Positions 52,493 to 63,523 of a stretch of DNA of 64,000 nt are shown one piece after another. The DNA is from Amphiscolops sp. MND2022 (taxonomy: Eukaryota): contig OZ076413.1 in assembly GCA_964187785.1 (NCBI GenBank), positions 41,790,001 through 41,854,000 on the forward strand. Reading direction: 5' to 3'. The notes under the pieces are model-generated. The model saw only the letters and a program-made list of their open reading frames with translations, ran no database searches and had not been told where the DNA came from. Each line of letters opens with the position of its first letter. Position 1 is the stretch's first letter. The translations under genes and the position numbers were made by a program.

Positions 52493-53560
52493 ATTGCTTG
52501 AAACGACCGTTCACGTGAAATTCGTAAGTGATGTTTCTATCATGAATGTGTCCAATGATATACACTGAGAAACCAATCATGTTCTGTAACTTTCTAACCC
52601 CCGCACGTAGCTTCCAACTTGATCCCTCCTACTAGATGTGGTCAGCTCTTGCGAAAACCTACGGGAATCAGCGAAGGACTTGATGTTATCAAGTAAACTA
52701 CCTCCTGGTATTGTATTCTATTATAATTTCATTATAACACCTAAGAAAAAAGGTTCAGAGAAAGTAAAAATGAGTGGAACGCATGAAATATAAAACAAGA
52801 CGCAGGCTGTGCACCGGGATATTTTCCGCCTTCAAATGCAAGGGTTTTTTCAAACCTCCGCCTCATCCTTAGTATAACGCAGTATAGTGCGAATATAACG
52901 TCAAAAAGTCGGATATTGCGCAATAACGTCGAACTTCCAGTTCCTCCTTAGTGAAACGAAACGAATCATGAATGAACTAGTGAAGGCATCAAGCAGCCGT
53001 TACAACTAGAATAGTCAAGTAATTGAATAGTCAAGTAATCCTAGTGTTACTGGTCAAGTGAGGTGAAACTGGGAGATTTGGCAGAATTTGACAAAAAAAA
53101 CACAACACAGATCATGATTTTCCTCCCCCATTTATGTGGGCGGAAAACAACAATTTTAAATAAACTTCGGAGTTTCTAACAGCAGCCAATTAAAAAATAG
53201 TTGACGAATAAATTAGCTTTTTGCAACACTTTAACAAATCTGATATGAGTTGCCGCATTTTGCAATAGAGTATAGGTTTCGCTAGGAATGAGTTGTTGAT
53301 TTGTTGATTCAGATATCATTAGTATTCTTACTGTTTTCACTAGAAGAAACTGTATTCGAGTCTGGAATGAGCTTTTTGTCACCGAGGTGTTTTCGGAACA
53401 AAATTTCAAACGTTTTCTTCACAAATTTAGCTTTTCAGGAATGATGTCAGAAAGAAACTTTTTCGCGGCCGTGAGATTGATGCGAGTTTCCTCAACAAAT
53501 ATCCTTGACATCATTTGAAGGATTCAGCTGGTTTTGAGACTTTAGCGGGACGTTCCCAGT

Positions 53561-54057
53561 TTTTTAGTCGGCACTTCTATTGATAAAAGAGCCCGAGTAT
53601 TACAGTCACTCGATTTTTTTTCTTTAGAGAGACTCGAAGCGACGAAATTTTTGTTGACTTTGTTCAACTAAACGAATACCTGGGAAACGCACCTAATTTA
53701 TCGCAAAGGGTCCCCCTTTTAGCTTCTTCTTTTCAAGCGTAACATACAAAACCCGATTGAGACTAAAGGGTCCCGCCTTTCAATTTTTTTCCGACGCTGT
53801 AATACTTTTTTTCGGAAAACTTTTGTTGTCTTCAAAGGGTCCCCCTTCGATTTTATTGAATTCTCCCCTCGTAATATCCGGAGTTAATCGCTATAATCGA
53901 AATTTTGACGTTATATTCGAACTATATTGCGTTTTTGTAAGGAGGAGGCGGAGATCCGCAAAACAGGAGTTTTTCATGAAAACGTCCTACGCATATTTCA
54001 AATTTGCGCTTTTTGAGTCTTAGATTTAGCGCTGATTTTAGACGTTCCCGTCTTGTT
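53561..54057 (+). mobile_element. Helentron/DINE-1-like element
   Basis: ttttagtcggcac ... gcgctgattttagacgttcccgtcttgtt. Confidence 0.72.
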
Positions 54058-54289
54058 GGCTGATTGTATAACTTCACATTGCAGAAAGGAATATGTTTGT
54101 CCCTGGAGGTGATCAAAACAGACCAAGTTATTCCAAGCCCCGTTCCCAAGCTTATCTGTGCTGAAAAATATAAAAAGGGACCCGTTTGAAATTTTGTTTC
54201 AGTACAAACTTTTAAAAAGCCAAGACGGATCCTTTGCATGGAATATAGCTGTGAAACGAAAGTTAGTAGAAGTGTGCAAAAATGTATTT

Positions 54290-54339
54290 AAAAACTATTC
54301 ATGGTAATTAGTTGCAACTAATTACCATGAATAGTTTTT
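54290..54339. repeat. 50-bp perfect palindrome
   Basis: aaaaactattcatggtaattagttg|caactaattaccatgaatagttttt. Confidence 0.95.
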
Positions 54340-54995
54340 GTGAAACATGTGCACTTTTTGTTGATTGTGTTGACCAACAGTTTTTACCTGCTTGCGAAAA
54401 GTGTTTTTGAAACGTTTTGCTTACACAAGTTTGTCTTTACTTATTTGGTTATACTCGGCTGCTCAACTGAATGACTTTCGCTCTCAATGCAATAATTGAA
54501 CGAAAAACTAAATAAACTTGTCAATACAATTGCAATTTACAGTTATTTTGGTCATTACATCAATTGCGCTTTGGGCCAATTTCGGACGATACTCTAAATA
54601 TAATTGTTTGAAAAGTTTGTCTGTAAAGAGAGGTCAAGTAATTTCTTGAACACGGGAGTTGCTAACATTTTTATGAAAATGGTGCCATGTGAGAGTGCCA
54701 CATACAAGTCTGAGTTATTCTAATTCTGGCTACATACAATTGAAAATTGTTACAACAAAATTGTTACGCCAATTTTCGGAATTCAAGAACAATCATGATC
54801 GATACCATGTGAAACATAAACGTGGTTTATAACAGAAATAAACACGACATCAACATTTTCGTAACTTTTTTGGAAGCTATGAATTGATCATGTGTGATGC
54901 TAAGTTTCTTACAAGCAGGTGGAGCTAGAATACGCAAGTTTAATCGAGCAGCAACTCGCCAGTATCAATTTTGGACCAGTCAACTTTAATTTATA

Positions 54996-55637
54996 TTGAT
55001 TGGAATGCAAGACCTCAACTACGATTCTCGAAATGAGTTGAATTTTTCAACCAGCAAGGAAGAGGAAGAAAGTGACGACGTTTGCTTGAGAGAAACCCAA
55101 TCAAATGTTTGGGAAAATTTTGAACTTTCTACCCCTGTTTTGACAAACGTTTTGACTCGGAACAGAATGGCGATAATAAAGCTAGATCCTGAAGCAGTAT
55201 TTCAACTGAGAGCGCTGGCCCGAAACAGCAGGATAATCGACCAGAGGTCAAAAGATCATCTAACATGGGCTACTACGGACCCTTTCACCTTGGAGTATTT
55301 CCAACAAGATCACGTGACCAAAATTGACGTCATTTTCAAACTGTTCTTGGATGGGTGCTCAGAAGAAGCAGGCAAATTCATATCCGTTTTTGTGGAAATT
55401 TGTCCTCACGAAAAAAATAGAACGGAAATTCCTATGAAAGTCGCAATATTTTTGAAGGGAACTGGGGATACTGCAAAACATTGCTTCAAGAAATGCTTTG
55501 CCATCAAGAGAAGAGGAAAAGAAGAAGAATTGGCTTGGCCAATATCCAGGGGATTCAGACAGTTTCTTAATTGCGAAACTTTCTACAACATGGCGCAATC
55601 GAATCAATTGATGTTTGGCTTGAGTATCTTTTGTTAA
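54996..55637 (+). CDS. MATH/TRAF-like domain ORF, likely a terminal exon
   Basis: 213-aa ORF with FKLFLDG..GKFISVFVEI and SRGFRQFL, resembling the MATH strand pattern; divergent. Confidence 0.55.
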   Translation: MIGMQDLNYDSRNELNFSTSKEEEESDDVCLRETQSNVWENFELSTPVLTNVLTRNRMAIIKLDPEAVFQLRALARNSRIIDQRSKDHLTWATTDPFTLEYFQQDHVTKIDVIFKLFLDGCSEEAGKFISVFVEICPHEKNRTEIPMKVAIFLKGTGDTAKHCFKKCFAIKRRGKEEELAWPISRGFRQFLNCETFYNMAQSNQLMFGLSIFC

Positions 55638-57737
55638 CTAATTACCAAGAATTCATAATTACTTACCATGGGAGCTCGATTATTATCCATAACTTAGTTG
55701 TTCAAAAGTCATAGAATTCCGCCATTTATGGAATTTACGTCACATATTTAAATACCAAATTGAATCTTTGTTAAAATATCAATTTATTAAATTGATATGA
55801 AAGCAAAAACATTGACCATAGTGAAAATTTAAAGCTGGATTTTTAATGAATTACGTTGCGAAAGCATCACTAGTTTGGTTTAAAAATTTAAGTTCGAAAT
55901 TGAGTTTTGTCCACCTTTTATCCATGTTATCTATTAGTGAAACCGGAAAATGCTTTTTGTATTTCAATTATCAGCTCTAATCCGAATAATCAAAATCTCT
56001 TTTAAAAATATTAACTTTCTTCTGTTTCCATTATTTTGAACAAGAACAATTTCCCTGCAAGAAATATCAACAACTTTCGAATTAGTGATAATTTTTAAAC
56101 CATCCGATGCTAGAAAACAAAAGAACTCTTACTTACGATGTACTGAAAATTTAGGTTAAAACTAGGCAAGCTAAAGTTTTTTAGTATCGACGGACAAATG
56201 AAGAGTCTTCCATTTCATAAACCTTCAATGCATGTTGGAACGGCAATTTCCCAACTCATCAAAAATTACTCAACACCGTCGGTTTACACTTCTAGCGGGG
56301 TCTCGTTAGCAATCTGATTAAATCACTTCACCAAAATTGAAAGGTGAAAGATATACCAAATGAAATATATCAATGTGATTTAGGTCAAAATGAGCGTTTT
56401 TCAGAAAAAAATGATGAACTATGGAACCGATCACAGAATCCAAAAGCGAAACTTAATGCTATTCGATCGATTTTTTTTCAAGTTGAATTTTGATGAATCG
56501 AAAACCAATTTATGGTTCCCAGAGTAGAAAATTAATCTAGTGAAGAAACGTCGTCTAGATAAATATTTATCCCTCCACAGTGCTCAAACAGCCTTTTCGT
56601 GCTCAAACTTCCACTCTTTGTACAAAAAATAAATGTTCCCTCAAATTCTCGTCTCATCTTTTGCAGAATCTAATGGCGAATTTAAAACAAGACAATCGAA
56701 CAAGTTTCGTAACATTCCGAGTTCGTCACCGGCTCTTGATTCACTTCTGAGCAGTCGTTGAGTAGACGAGTCGCCAAGCTGTGTAAGATTACCAAATACT
56801 GATAGCAAAAAAAAAACAGAATATTTCTACCGGCGGTTACGGAAACTACAGTTTTTCTACAACCATTTTAACGAGCAGCCTATTTTGAAGAGATTCGTCG
56901 CAATAATAGGCTTTTTATGATAACTTCCAGAAGCTCTGGATAGAAATTCGCACCCAGAAACAGCTCAGTGACTCTGGAAGACAGAAGATCACTAGCAATG
57001 ACATCGACGCTTTCCACGTTTGATTGATAATGGTTCTCAAAATTGCACACTGCAGCTTCTGGGACGATTGTCGTTTTTCAAGTCTATTTGCCTAACCACC
57101 GCAGTTCAGAACAGACAACGAATTGAGCTGATTGAGACTTACTCTAGACCACAAAAAGCTGCTCATTTCAACCGGCAACTGCAGCCGAAACCCTTTGCAA
57201 TGCCACTCGAAATGATATTGTACACCGACAAGATTTTACTTAACCTCGTGGTTGTCTGCATTGGCATAGAATTTAGTTAAAATGCATGAAATTAATTACA
57301 ATGCCCCAGTTCTGGATGTGGTTATCATGACAGTAGTATATGTGCGAGCTGATCAGGTGGGGGGGGGGGGGTTCAAGACCCTATGTTTTAAGATAGGCTA
57401 TAGCGAGCCGAGAGCCGAGAAGGGTCTTGAACCCCTGGATTCGCATAGGCTCGACTCGTGTAGTGTGGGTGTATACCCATTGGGTGCAGTCGTGCTCGAT
57501 TCTGATTGGCTGACGACTCGAGTCGTGTACTTTTGCACGATTCTGACGACTTGACTCAATGTATTAAGGTATTGAGCCGAGTGATTGTCAATGTTTAAAG
57601 ATGTGTTCAATGTATAAAGATAGAGAATAGCTTCGGTAATGTTTTAAGGTAGGAAATAGGGTTTTTCGGCACTGTGCGACATTTTCGGCACTGTGAGACT
57701 TTGGGTAAAAATTGATTTTTTGGTGGCCACGACCGCC

Positions 57738-57840
57738 CGCGGGAATAATTTTACCCGCCCCCGCAATATTTTATCCGCCTGCGGAATATTTTATCCGCCA
57801 CCGTAATATTTTATCCGCCTGCGGAATAATTTATCCGCCA
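57738..57840. repeat. ~20-bp tandem repeat x5 in the Polinton terminal region
   Basis: gcggaatattttatccgcct-like units. Confidence 0.9.
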
Positions 57841-57973
57841 TAAAGGTTTAGCTCATTACTTGACTACTATACGTTGAGGAAAAAAATCATGTTTAAATAG
57901 AAAAAAATTTAATTTATAATGTATAAATGTACTACAATCACATGTATAAACTGCACTTTACAATAAGCATGTG

Positions 57974-58363
57974 TTACATATAATTACTGATAAAAGAGAG
58001 TACGTTAACATCGTGAACTCCTGTAAGTTGCTCTTGCTGGAACTTGAAGAGATGAAAAGCTGAATATATGGCATAGAATCCGCACACGCTGGGATGTGAC
58101 TGCAACTTTACTGGAACCATCTTTTGGTAGTCTTGCTTGAGAAAATTGCACGATCCACCGAGAGAGTCTGCAAAATACAATTGCTGTTTAAATTTGGCAA
58201 TCATTACCCAGTGCTCGCCAGACATGTAACTTGGTTCAGTATTGACAATGGCAAATGTATCGTTTGGAAGCATAGGGACACGATCAGAAGGAAATGAGCC
58301 GAGGTACCGATACTTGAGGAGAGGAATACGATCAATAATCTGTCGCAATGCAATGTCATCCAT
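57974..58363 (-). CDS. Adenain-like cysteine protease (Polinton PRO)
   Basis: NT..GEHWV, FADSLG, Q..SVCGFY (His-Asp-Cys plus Gln); ATG immediately after the MCP stop. Confidence 0.92.
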   Translation of the reverse strand: MDDIALRQIIDRIPLLKYRYLGSFPSDRVPMLPNDTFAIVNTEPSYMSGEHWVMIAKFKQQLYFADSLGGSCNFLKQDYQKMVPVKLQSHPSVCGFYAIYSAFHLFKFQQEQLTGVHDVNVLSFISNYM

Positions 58364-58364
58364 A

Positions 58365-59708
58365 TTAGGTATTTTTACCGACAACGCCAAACTTGTCGAC
58401 TGCAACCGACGACATTCGTTCACCCAATATAATGATTTCTGTTACACTTTCGAGCGCTTCATTAAAGTTGAGTTCCAGTCGCAATGGTTCGCCAATCAAT
58501 TCCGGATAGTGGCAATGTTCAGTAGCGTCTTGCATTGATGTCAAATCAAACACGAGCACATAGTGATCCTTGAAATTGTCAATTGGGATTGACGGTAAAT
58601 CGTCATGAAAGTTCATTGCTCTCATTGTTTTAACATAGAGACGGCAATTATCGGACGTGTCATAGTCAACAACAGACTGACCGCCACGTAGTATTCTAAT
58701 GTGCCTCAATCCAAACTGTTGATACCAGTATGGATTTTCAGTAAAGGAACCCGTAAAGGCAGAATTTGTGTTCATTGCTATGGCGATACGTCGGATCGGT
58801 GCATTGTTGAAAATATTTTCTTGTATAAATTGATTCTGTCGGACAGGAATGATAAATGTCTTGGCAAGAGTTTCCAAGTAGTTATATTCTACTGGACTGT
58901 ATGCTAGCATATCCATTCGCTTCTTGTGATAATCGTCTTTGAGTGTAATACGGCGATTATAAAGGGAACAATCCACAATTCCAAGGCTAACGTTAGGATT
59001 GTCACTAATCAAGTAAAAATTGGGTCGAGCTCTAATGAGTCGAATTCTAACTTTCATGTTTGGGTACAATAGCTCTGAAGTGGTAAAAAAATCGACACCC
59101 AATTTACCATACAGCATAAATCCGTCAGGTCTGGAGAATATTTTCATTCTCTTTGAAAAGAATGGATCCTCCAAGGGGTTATCCATAGCGTCTTCTGGAT
59201 TTGCTTCAAAGTCATAACCTTCACAATGTAGCACTCCCTTGTACTCAGAAATGGCTCCTTTAAAATTGTTGGAAATGTAAGATTTATGAGCATAAAGTCC
59301 ATTTGAATTGTAAATTTGCTGATTGTTTATATAAACTTCCACATTGGAGAAAATGGAGTGCATAATGTTGTTCACATGGGTAATTAAGGGAACCGCGTTG
59401 TCGTCGGCGGCATCAGCCTTTTTATCTTCTGCTTCATTGTGTTCCTTTTTGGCTTCTTTTTTGTACGAATCAAATCCACGATGCTTCACCAATTTGAGTA
59501 CCAAAGACAAATACGTTTGACGCAAATCAGTGTAATTGTTGCGATCAGTTTGAAATTCAAACTCGATACTGTTTTCATCCAATGACGTTGTAGGATAAAT
59601 TTGTTGTTCATGCGACGAAAGTACGTCATCGACAACTGGGACTTTACCGCCAACACTGCCAGAAACGGCCACAAAAGGTTGGTACCGAAAATTACTTTGT
59701 GCATTCAT
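58365..59708 (-). CDS. Polinton major capsid protein (double jelly-roll)
   Basis: 447 aa; IEFEF..YTDLRQTYLSL, NNIMHSIFSNVEVYINNQQI, LVFDLT motifs; position next to the protease. Confidence 0.88.
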   Translation of the reverse strand: MNAQSNFRYQPFVAVSGSVGGKVPVVDDVLSSHEQQIYPTTSLDENSIEFEFQTDRNNYTDLRQTYLSLVLKLVKHRGFDSYKKEAKKEHNEAEDKKADAADDNAVPLITHVNNIMHSIFSNVEVYINNQQIYNSNGLYAHKSYISNNFKGAISEYKGVLHCEGYDFEANPEDAMDNPLEDPFFSKRMKIFSRPDGFMLYGKLGVDFFTTSELLYPNMKVRIRLIRARPNFYLISDNPNVSLGIVDCSLYNRRITLKDDYHKKRMDMLAYSPVEYNYLETLAKTFIIPVRQNQFIQENIFNNAPIRRIAIAMNTNSAFTGSFTENPYWYQQFGLRHIRILRGGQSVVDYDTSDNCRLYVKTMRAMNFHDDLPSIPIDNFKDHYVLVFDLTSMQDATEHCHYPELIGEPLRLELNFNEALESVTEIIILGERMSSVAVDKFGVVGKNT

Positions 59709-59710
59709 GT

Positions 59711-60070
59711 TTAGCGTGAAATGTTTGTGAAAATGTCTCTGCGCGAGCGACTGTTTATGTTGGTGGATTTTGTAGGAATGAATCTGCGCGTTCTCTTGCT
59801 ACCACCACCTAGTTGTTTTCTCAACGTCTTTTTGCCAACACTTGTTACAGCCGATTTTAAATTTTTCTTTCCACTAATTACTTCTGCCATTTCAGGTACA
59901 GCATACTCCAACAAGTCAGCTCCAACTCTTCGTGCAGCTGGGACGATAAATTTTTTAACAAAAGGAACTGCGGTTCTCCCAATAACTTGAGCAAGTGCTC
60001 CAAATCCTCTTCCGCGTTGTCTTGTTACTCCTCTATAATACGGTAGTTCAAGTTCTCTTGAGGCAACCAT
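59711..60070 (-). CDS. Polinton conserved small basic protein
   Basis: YYRG..RQRGRGFGAL motif, R/K-rich, between the capsid genes. Confidence 0.8.
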   Translation of the reverse strand: MVASRELELPYYRGVTRQRGRGFGALAQVIGRTAVPFVKKFIVPAARRVGADLLEYAVPEMAEVISGKKNLKSAVTSVGKKTLRKQLGGGSKRTRRFIPTKSTNINSRSRRDIFTNISR

Positions 60071-60087
60071 TTCGCACAGTGTTTTTG

Positions 60088-60891
60088 TTAGTAATGAATG
60101 TCTGAAACTTTTCTAAACATTAGCACAAGACGTGTGATTCCAACAGAGACAAATGGAATCTTTTCACCCGAGGTGTCCCTCAGATCAATATGTATACTAT
60201 GAAAGGAATTTTTCAATAGGCGACGAAATTGAAGGTTACTAAAAGTTTGGTAATTCATGTATTGTCCAGTAGTGATTACGTCTCCGGATTTCAGCTTCGA
60301 AATGAAAGGGAAGCAACGCAACAGGGGTGCTTTTGTGTCTCCAACAATGTTGTACTCCACAATATCAGTGTAAATCATTAGCGAATGAATACGAACAATA
60401 TCGTACGCAAACTTTGGCTCATGAGGTCCTTTACCTCGCATCAAAATCCCTTTGTCGTCTCCAACATCGCCACCAAATATATTTCCCAAGTCTGTACTGA
60501 AAATGACTAGGCTAGAGTCGTCACTAATGAGTGAAAGTTCAATTTTTTGTGTGCGACGAGATACTTTAACAGTAATGCAATTTTCATTGTGATTGTTTCT
60601 CTCTTGTATAAGCAAATTCATTGCTTCAACAATGCCGGGTACGGATGAATACAGTCCAGGTTCCAAGTAATAGGCTGTTGTTGTTTTGGAGTAAATTGCG
60701 TCATAAAATAGAAATTTCCCATCTGTAACATTCTGGTACATTGAAGGGTAGGAAATTTCCGAAATTGCAACCTCCCATTGCCCTTCCAAATTGACTTGAT
60801 CTGGCAAAAAGTTTGTAAATGAACTAAGTGTATTGTCAGGAAACAGTTCAGATGACGCATTAGAAACCAACTCTATTGTAAAGGAATCCAT
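60088..60891 (-). CDS. Polinton minor capsid (penton-like) protein
   Basis: F.IELVSNAS..FPDNTLSSFTNFLP..LEGQWEVAISEI; IYTDIVE..VGDTKAPLLR. Confidence 0.85.
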   Translation of the reverse strand: MDSFTIELVSNASSELFPDNTLSSFTNFLPDQVNLEGQWEVAISEISYPSMYQNVTDGKFLFYDAIYSKTTTAYYLEPGLYSSVPGIVEAMNLLIQERNNHNENCITVKVSRRTQKIELSLISDDSSLVIFSTDLGNIFGGDVGDDKGILMRGKGPHEPKFAYDIVRIHSLMIYTDIVEYNIVGDTKAPLLRCFPFISKLKSGDVITTGQYMNYQTFSNLQFRRLLKNSFHSIHIDLRDTSGEKIPFVSVGITRLVLMFRKVSDIHY

Positions 60892-60893
60892 AA

Positions 60894-61832
60894 CTAAATG
60901 ACTCTAATCAACTCCTTTTCATAAAACTTGCCCTTGATAACTTCGCCTTGTTCATCTTGTATATTATATGTGGGCGGTTTGCGTGTAGCAAGTGCAACAA
61001 TTTTAAAAATTTCGTTTGTAAATTGCGGCTTGTATCCTTTTCTGAACGGTAAATCTTGCTTGGAAATTCGAACGCGGTGTCCAACGTGGAACTTTGGTTT
61101 GTTAAAGTCTCTGATTGGCTTACTGTATAGCACAGACATAAAGTCTGCGTTTTTAACACTGCTCGGCTTCATATCTATTGATCTATTCCTTCTCGTATTC
61201 AGCGTTGTAACAAATTGAGGCAACTTGTGAATATACTTGTATCCATAGTCTTCAATGTAGCGATACAAAACATTTTTCAATGAACGAATAGCTCTCTCGG
61301 CGAATGCTGCCTTTGTTTCACTCATTGTTGAATAAATCTGTATTCCTTCTCTGTCGCAAAACTTTTTAAATTCACCAGCAAATTCTTTTCCCTTGTCAAC
61401 CCAAATCTTTTGTGGTCTTTTCCGCTTTGTAATCATTTGCGTAAAGGCTCTAAGTGCCTCCTTAGAGTCCTTTGTTTTCAATCCTCTCACGTCTATTGTT
61501 CTATCAAACACGTCCTGGCGAACTAGCAAGTACTTTATTCCTCTGTTATCCTTTGCCAGTTTATCAACATATGCCAAGTCCATGCACCAAATTTCATTCT
61601 TGTATCTAGCAAACGCTCTCATACGTTTAAACTTGCGTGTTGCAAGTGTAAATTTTGTATAAGAGTCTTTTGAATGTAAAAACTGTCTAACCTTGGAAAC
61701 GGGTAGCTTGCTAGCTTTTGTCAGATTTCGCACAGAGCCATATGCTGCAGGACCATGTGTATATAGTCTTTGAAGCTTTTGTCGCTCAGATTTTGAAAGG
61801 GATCCAGTTTCCTCTCTCTTTTGCTTTGGCAT
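60894..61832 (-). CDS. Retroviral-type DDE integrase (Polinton INT)
   Basis: WCMDL, WVDKGKEF, AERAIRSLK catalytic triad; C-terminal F.VG.RVRI..FRKGY..GKFYEKEL; no chromodomain. Confidence 0.95.
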   Translation of the reverse strand: MPKQKREETGSLSKSERQKLQRLYTHGPAAYGSVRNLTKASKLPVSKVRQFLHSKDSYTKFTLATRKFKRMRAFARYKNEIWCMDLAYVDKLAKDNRGIKYLLVRQDVFDRTIDVRGLKTKDSKEALRAFTQMITKRKRPQKIWVDKGKEFAGEFKKFCDREGIQIYSTMSETKAAFAERAIRSLKNVLYRYIEDYGYKYIHKLPQFVTTLNTRRNRSIDMKPSSVKNADFMSVLYSKPIRDFNKPKFHVGHRVRISKQDLPFRKGYKPQFTNEIFKIVALATRKPPTYNIQDEQGEVIKGKFYEKELIRVI

Positions 61833-62241
61833 TCTGATTGAGGACTATACTAGGAGAAATGTCTGCTGCGTCCAGTAAAGTAAAGTAAATGTCGGGTACG
61901 TCAGCGTTTTTTCTACGCAAATGTTGAGCAAAATCTTGCAACAGTACTCCAGTATCTGTACCGTCTAGCACGATAGTGTTAGAGAGAGACAACTTTATAC
62001 GTGGGGATGCTAAAAGTTTATCAACCAATGAATCTGCCTTGGCAAACAACTTTTTGTTTATATCCTTTTTCAGCGAATCAACTTGGGACGTAGGAGTTTG
62101 TTGAGGTTGATATTTGGGTAGGTCCACTTTTAACGTCGTGGACTTTGTTGTGTTTAGCTTGTTGAGAAGTGAAGCAGGTACAAGAACAAACTGTTCCATA
62201 TCAAGACAAGTGATTAATGACAAATGGGGTAATGGTATCAA
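61786..62241 (-). CDS. Polinton hypothetical protein (probable ATG at about 62199)
   Basis: Intact ORF packed between neighbours in the same orientation. Confidence 0.7.
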   Translation of the reverse strand: MIPLPHLSLITCLDMEQFVLVPASLLNKLNTTKSTTLKVDLPKYQPQQTPTSQVDSLKKDINKKLFAKADSLVDKLLASPRIKLSLSNTIVLDGTDTGVLLQDFAQHLRRKNADVPDIYFTLLDAADISPSIVLNQNAKAKERGNWIPFKI

Positions 62242-62503
62242 CCAGTTGTAAACCTCTCTCTGACGTCAAGAGATCTCGTCTCTGCTTCCAATTAGTTCGC
62301 TTTAAAGAGAGTAAGTGCAACTCTCGTTTATATTTGATAACGTGATGTCTCTTTACGTTTTGCAAGTTTCCTTTGAGTATGTTTACTATGCACTCGCTTA
62401 GAAACCGAATAAATTCTTTTGGACACGATTGGAGAAATTGAATTTTGCACTTGCGGGAAAATGATTGGAACGCGTGGAGAATAGAGAGATTTTGTGTGCT
62501 CAT
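62201..62503 (-). CDS. Polinton conserved small basic protein
   Basis: FIRFLSECIVNILKGNL..KQRRDLL motif typical of the ORF following Maverick ATPases. Confidence 0.72.
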   Translation of the reverse strand: MSTQNLSILHAFQSFSRKCKIQFLQSCPKEFIRFLSECIVNILKGNLQNVKRHHVIKYKRELHLLSLKRTNWKQRRDLLTSERGLQLVDTITPFVINHLS

Positions 62504-63158
62504 CGTCCAAAATTGTCAAATGCTTCAAACTCTCTGGCACGTAAAATTTTGATGGAGTCTTTCCACTGTTTGTGCAGTAACGTAATCTATCGTCTGTTCG
62601 CGGCGATAAATCAATGAGCAAATGACCAAAAGGAACAGACGTTGCATCTCTGTACCAATCCACGAGGGAGGAACCTAGTCCTAGTTGAATACTAAGTGTA
62701 TTTATTTGCATAACATCCCGGGGCGATTTGAACAATGCAATGTGTGTAGTTTGTAGCTCTATATCGCGTCCGAGCGTGCTCTTGTGGAACAAGTTGTGTT
62801 TAATGTATATAGTACTAAGTCCACGGTGTCTTCCAGCAGTAGCAATTTTGACAAATTCTTTAGAACTGCACACTTCCTCACAAGAATCGTCAAAAATGAG
62901 GAGATACTTTGTTCCGTTGTTTTTCAATGAATCAATCAACTCAAAATTCACTCCCTTGACAAACTCGATGCAATCAATTTCTTTTTGCATCTTGTCGTAT
63001 AGTGATTGATAATATTGGTAAAAGAAATAAATCTTGTCAAATTTGGGTTGAAATGTTCCATTAGTTAACCATTCGTAAATCAACTGAGTTTTACCAGATT
63101 CACTAGGTCCAACCATGGACATAAAGACACGGTTTTTGGTGGAAATTAACTTGTTCAT
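62328..63158 (-). CDS. FtsK/A32-like genome-packaging ATPase
   Basis: Walker A GPSESGKT, Walker B LLIFDD, GRH motif, IYIKHNLF, FKSPRD. Confidence 0.93.
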   Translation of the reverse strand: MNKLISTKNRVFMSMVGPSESGKTQLIYEWLTNGTFQPKFDKIYFFYQYYQSLYDKMQKEIDCIEFVKGVNFELIDSLKNNGTKYLLIFDDSCEEVCSSKEFVKIATAGRHRGLSTIYIKHNLFHKSTLGRDIELQTTHIALFKSPRDVMQINTLSIQLGLGSSLVDWYRDATSVPFGHLLIDLSPRTDDRLRYCTNSGKTPSKFYVPESLKHLTILDDEHTKSLYSPRVPIIFPQVQNSISPIVSKRIYSVSKRVHSKHTQRKLAKRKETSRYQI

Positions 63159-63409
63159 AGTCTCGGGGTTGGAACAATGACTCCTGCAGCGCTACATAAA
63201 ATTCCAACCCACACTGTAGATTCTTCACAACTTGTTGCCAAATGAATTCTCCAAAAGCTCCCCAAAATTATCAACAAAATGATAAAAAATTGGGACAAGA
63301 ACACAATTAATGATCTAGAGCAAGTTTGTCCCACGCACGTCCACGATTTTCGTTCACTGTTATTTCCGTCAAAAACAATTTTTTCCAAGTTCAAGTTGGT
63401 CTCAGTCAT
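63155..63409 (-). CDS. Small two-TM membrane protein (Polinton)
   Basis: Two hydrophobic segments; stop overlaps the ATPase start. Confidence 0.7.
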   Translation of the reverse strand: MTETNLNLEKIVFDGNNSERKSWTCVGQTCSRSLIVFLSQFFIILLIILGSFWRIHLATSCEESTVWVGILCSAAGVIVPTPRL

Positions 63410-63523
63410 CTAGCTTGCTAGCGTGAGTGTATATTCAAGAATGAATCTCCTGTGGAAAAAAAATTTGGTTGAACAAAAAATTTAAATTAGTATGAATGAG
63501 TAATACAAAGACGTACAATAAAT

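Noticed and set aside
17784..54239. Many 60-140 aa F/K-rich ORFs (KGPPF, FFGTV-type peptides)
   Set aside because: Spurious translations of the DINE-like repeats.
58242..63009. Plus-strand ORFs within the Polinton
   Set aside because: Antisense shadows of recognisable minus-strand genes.
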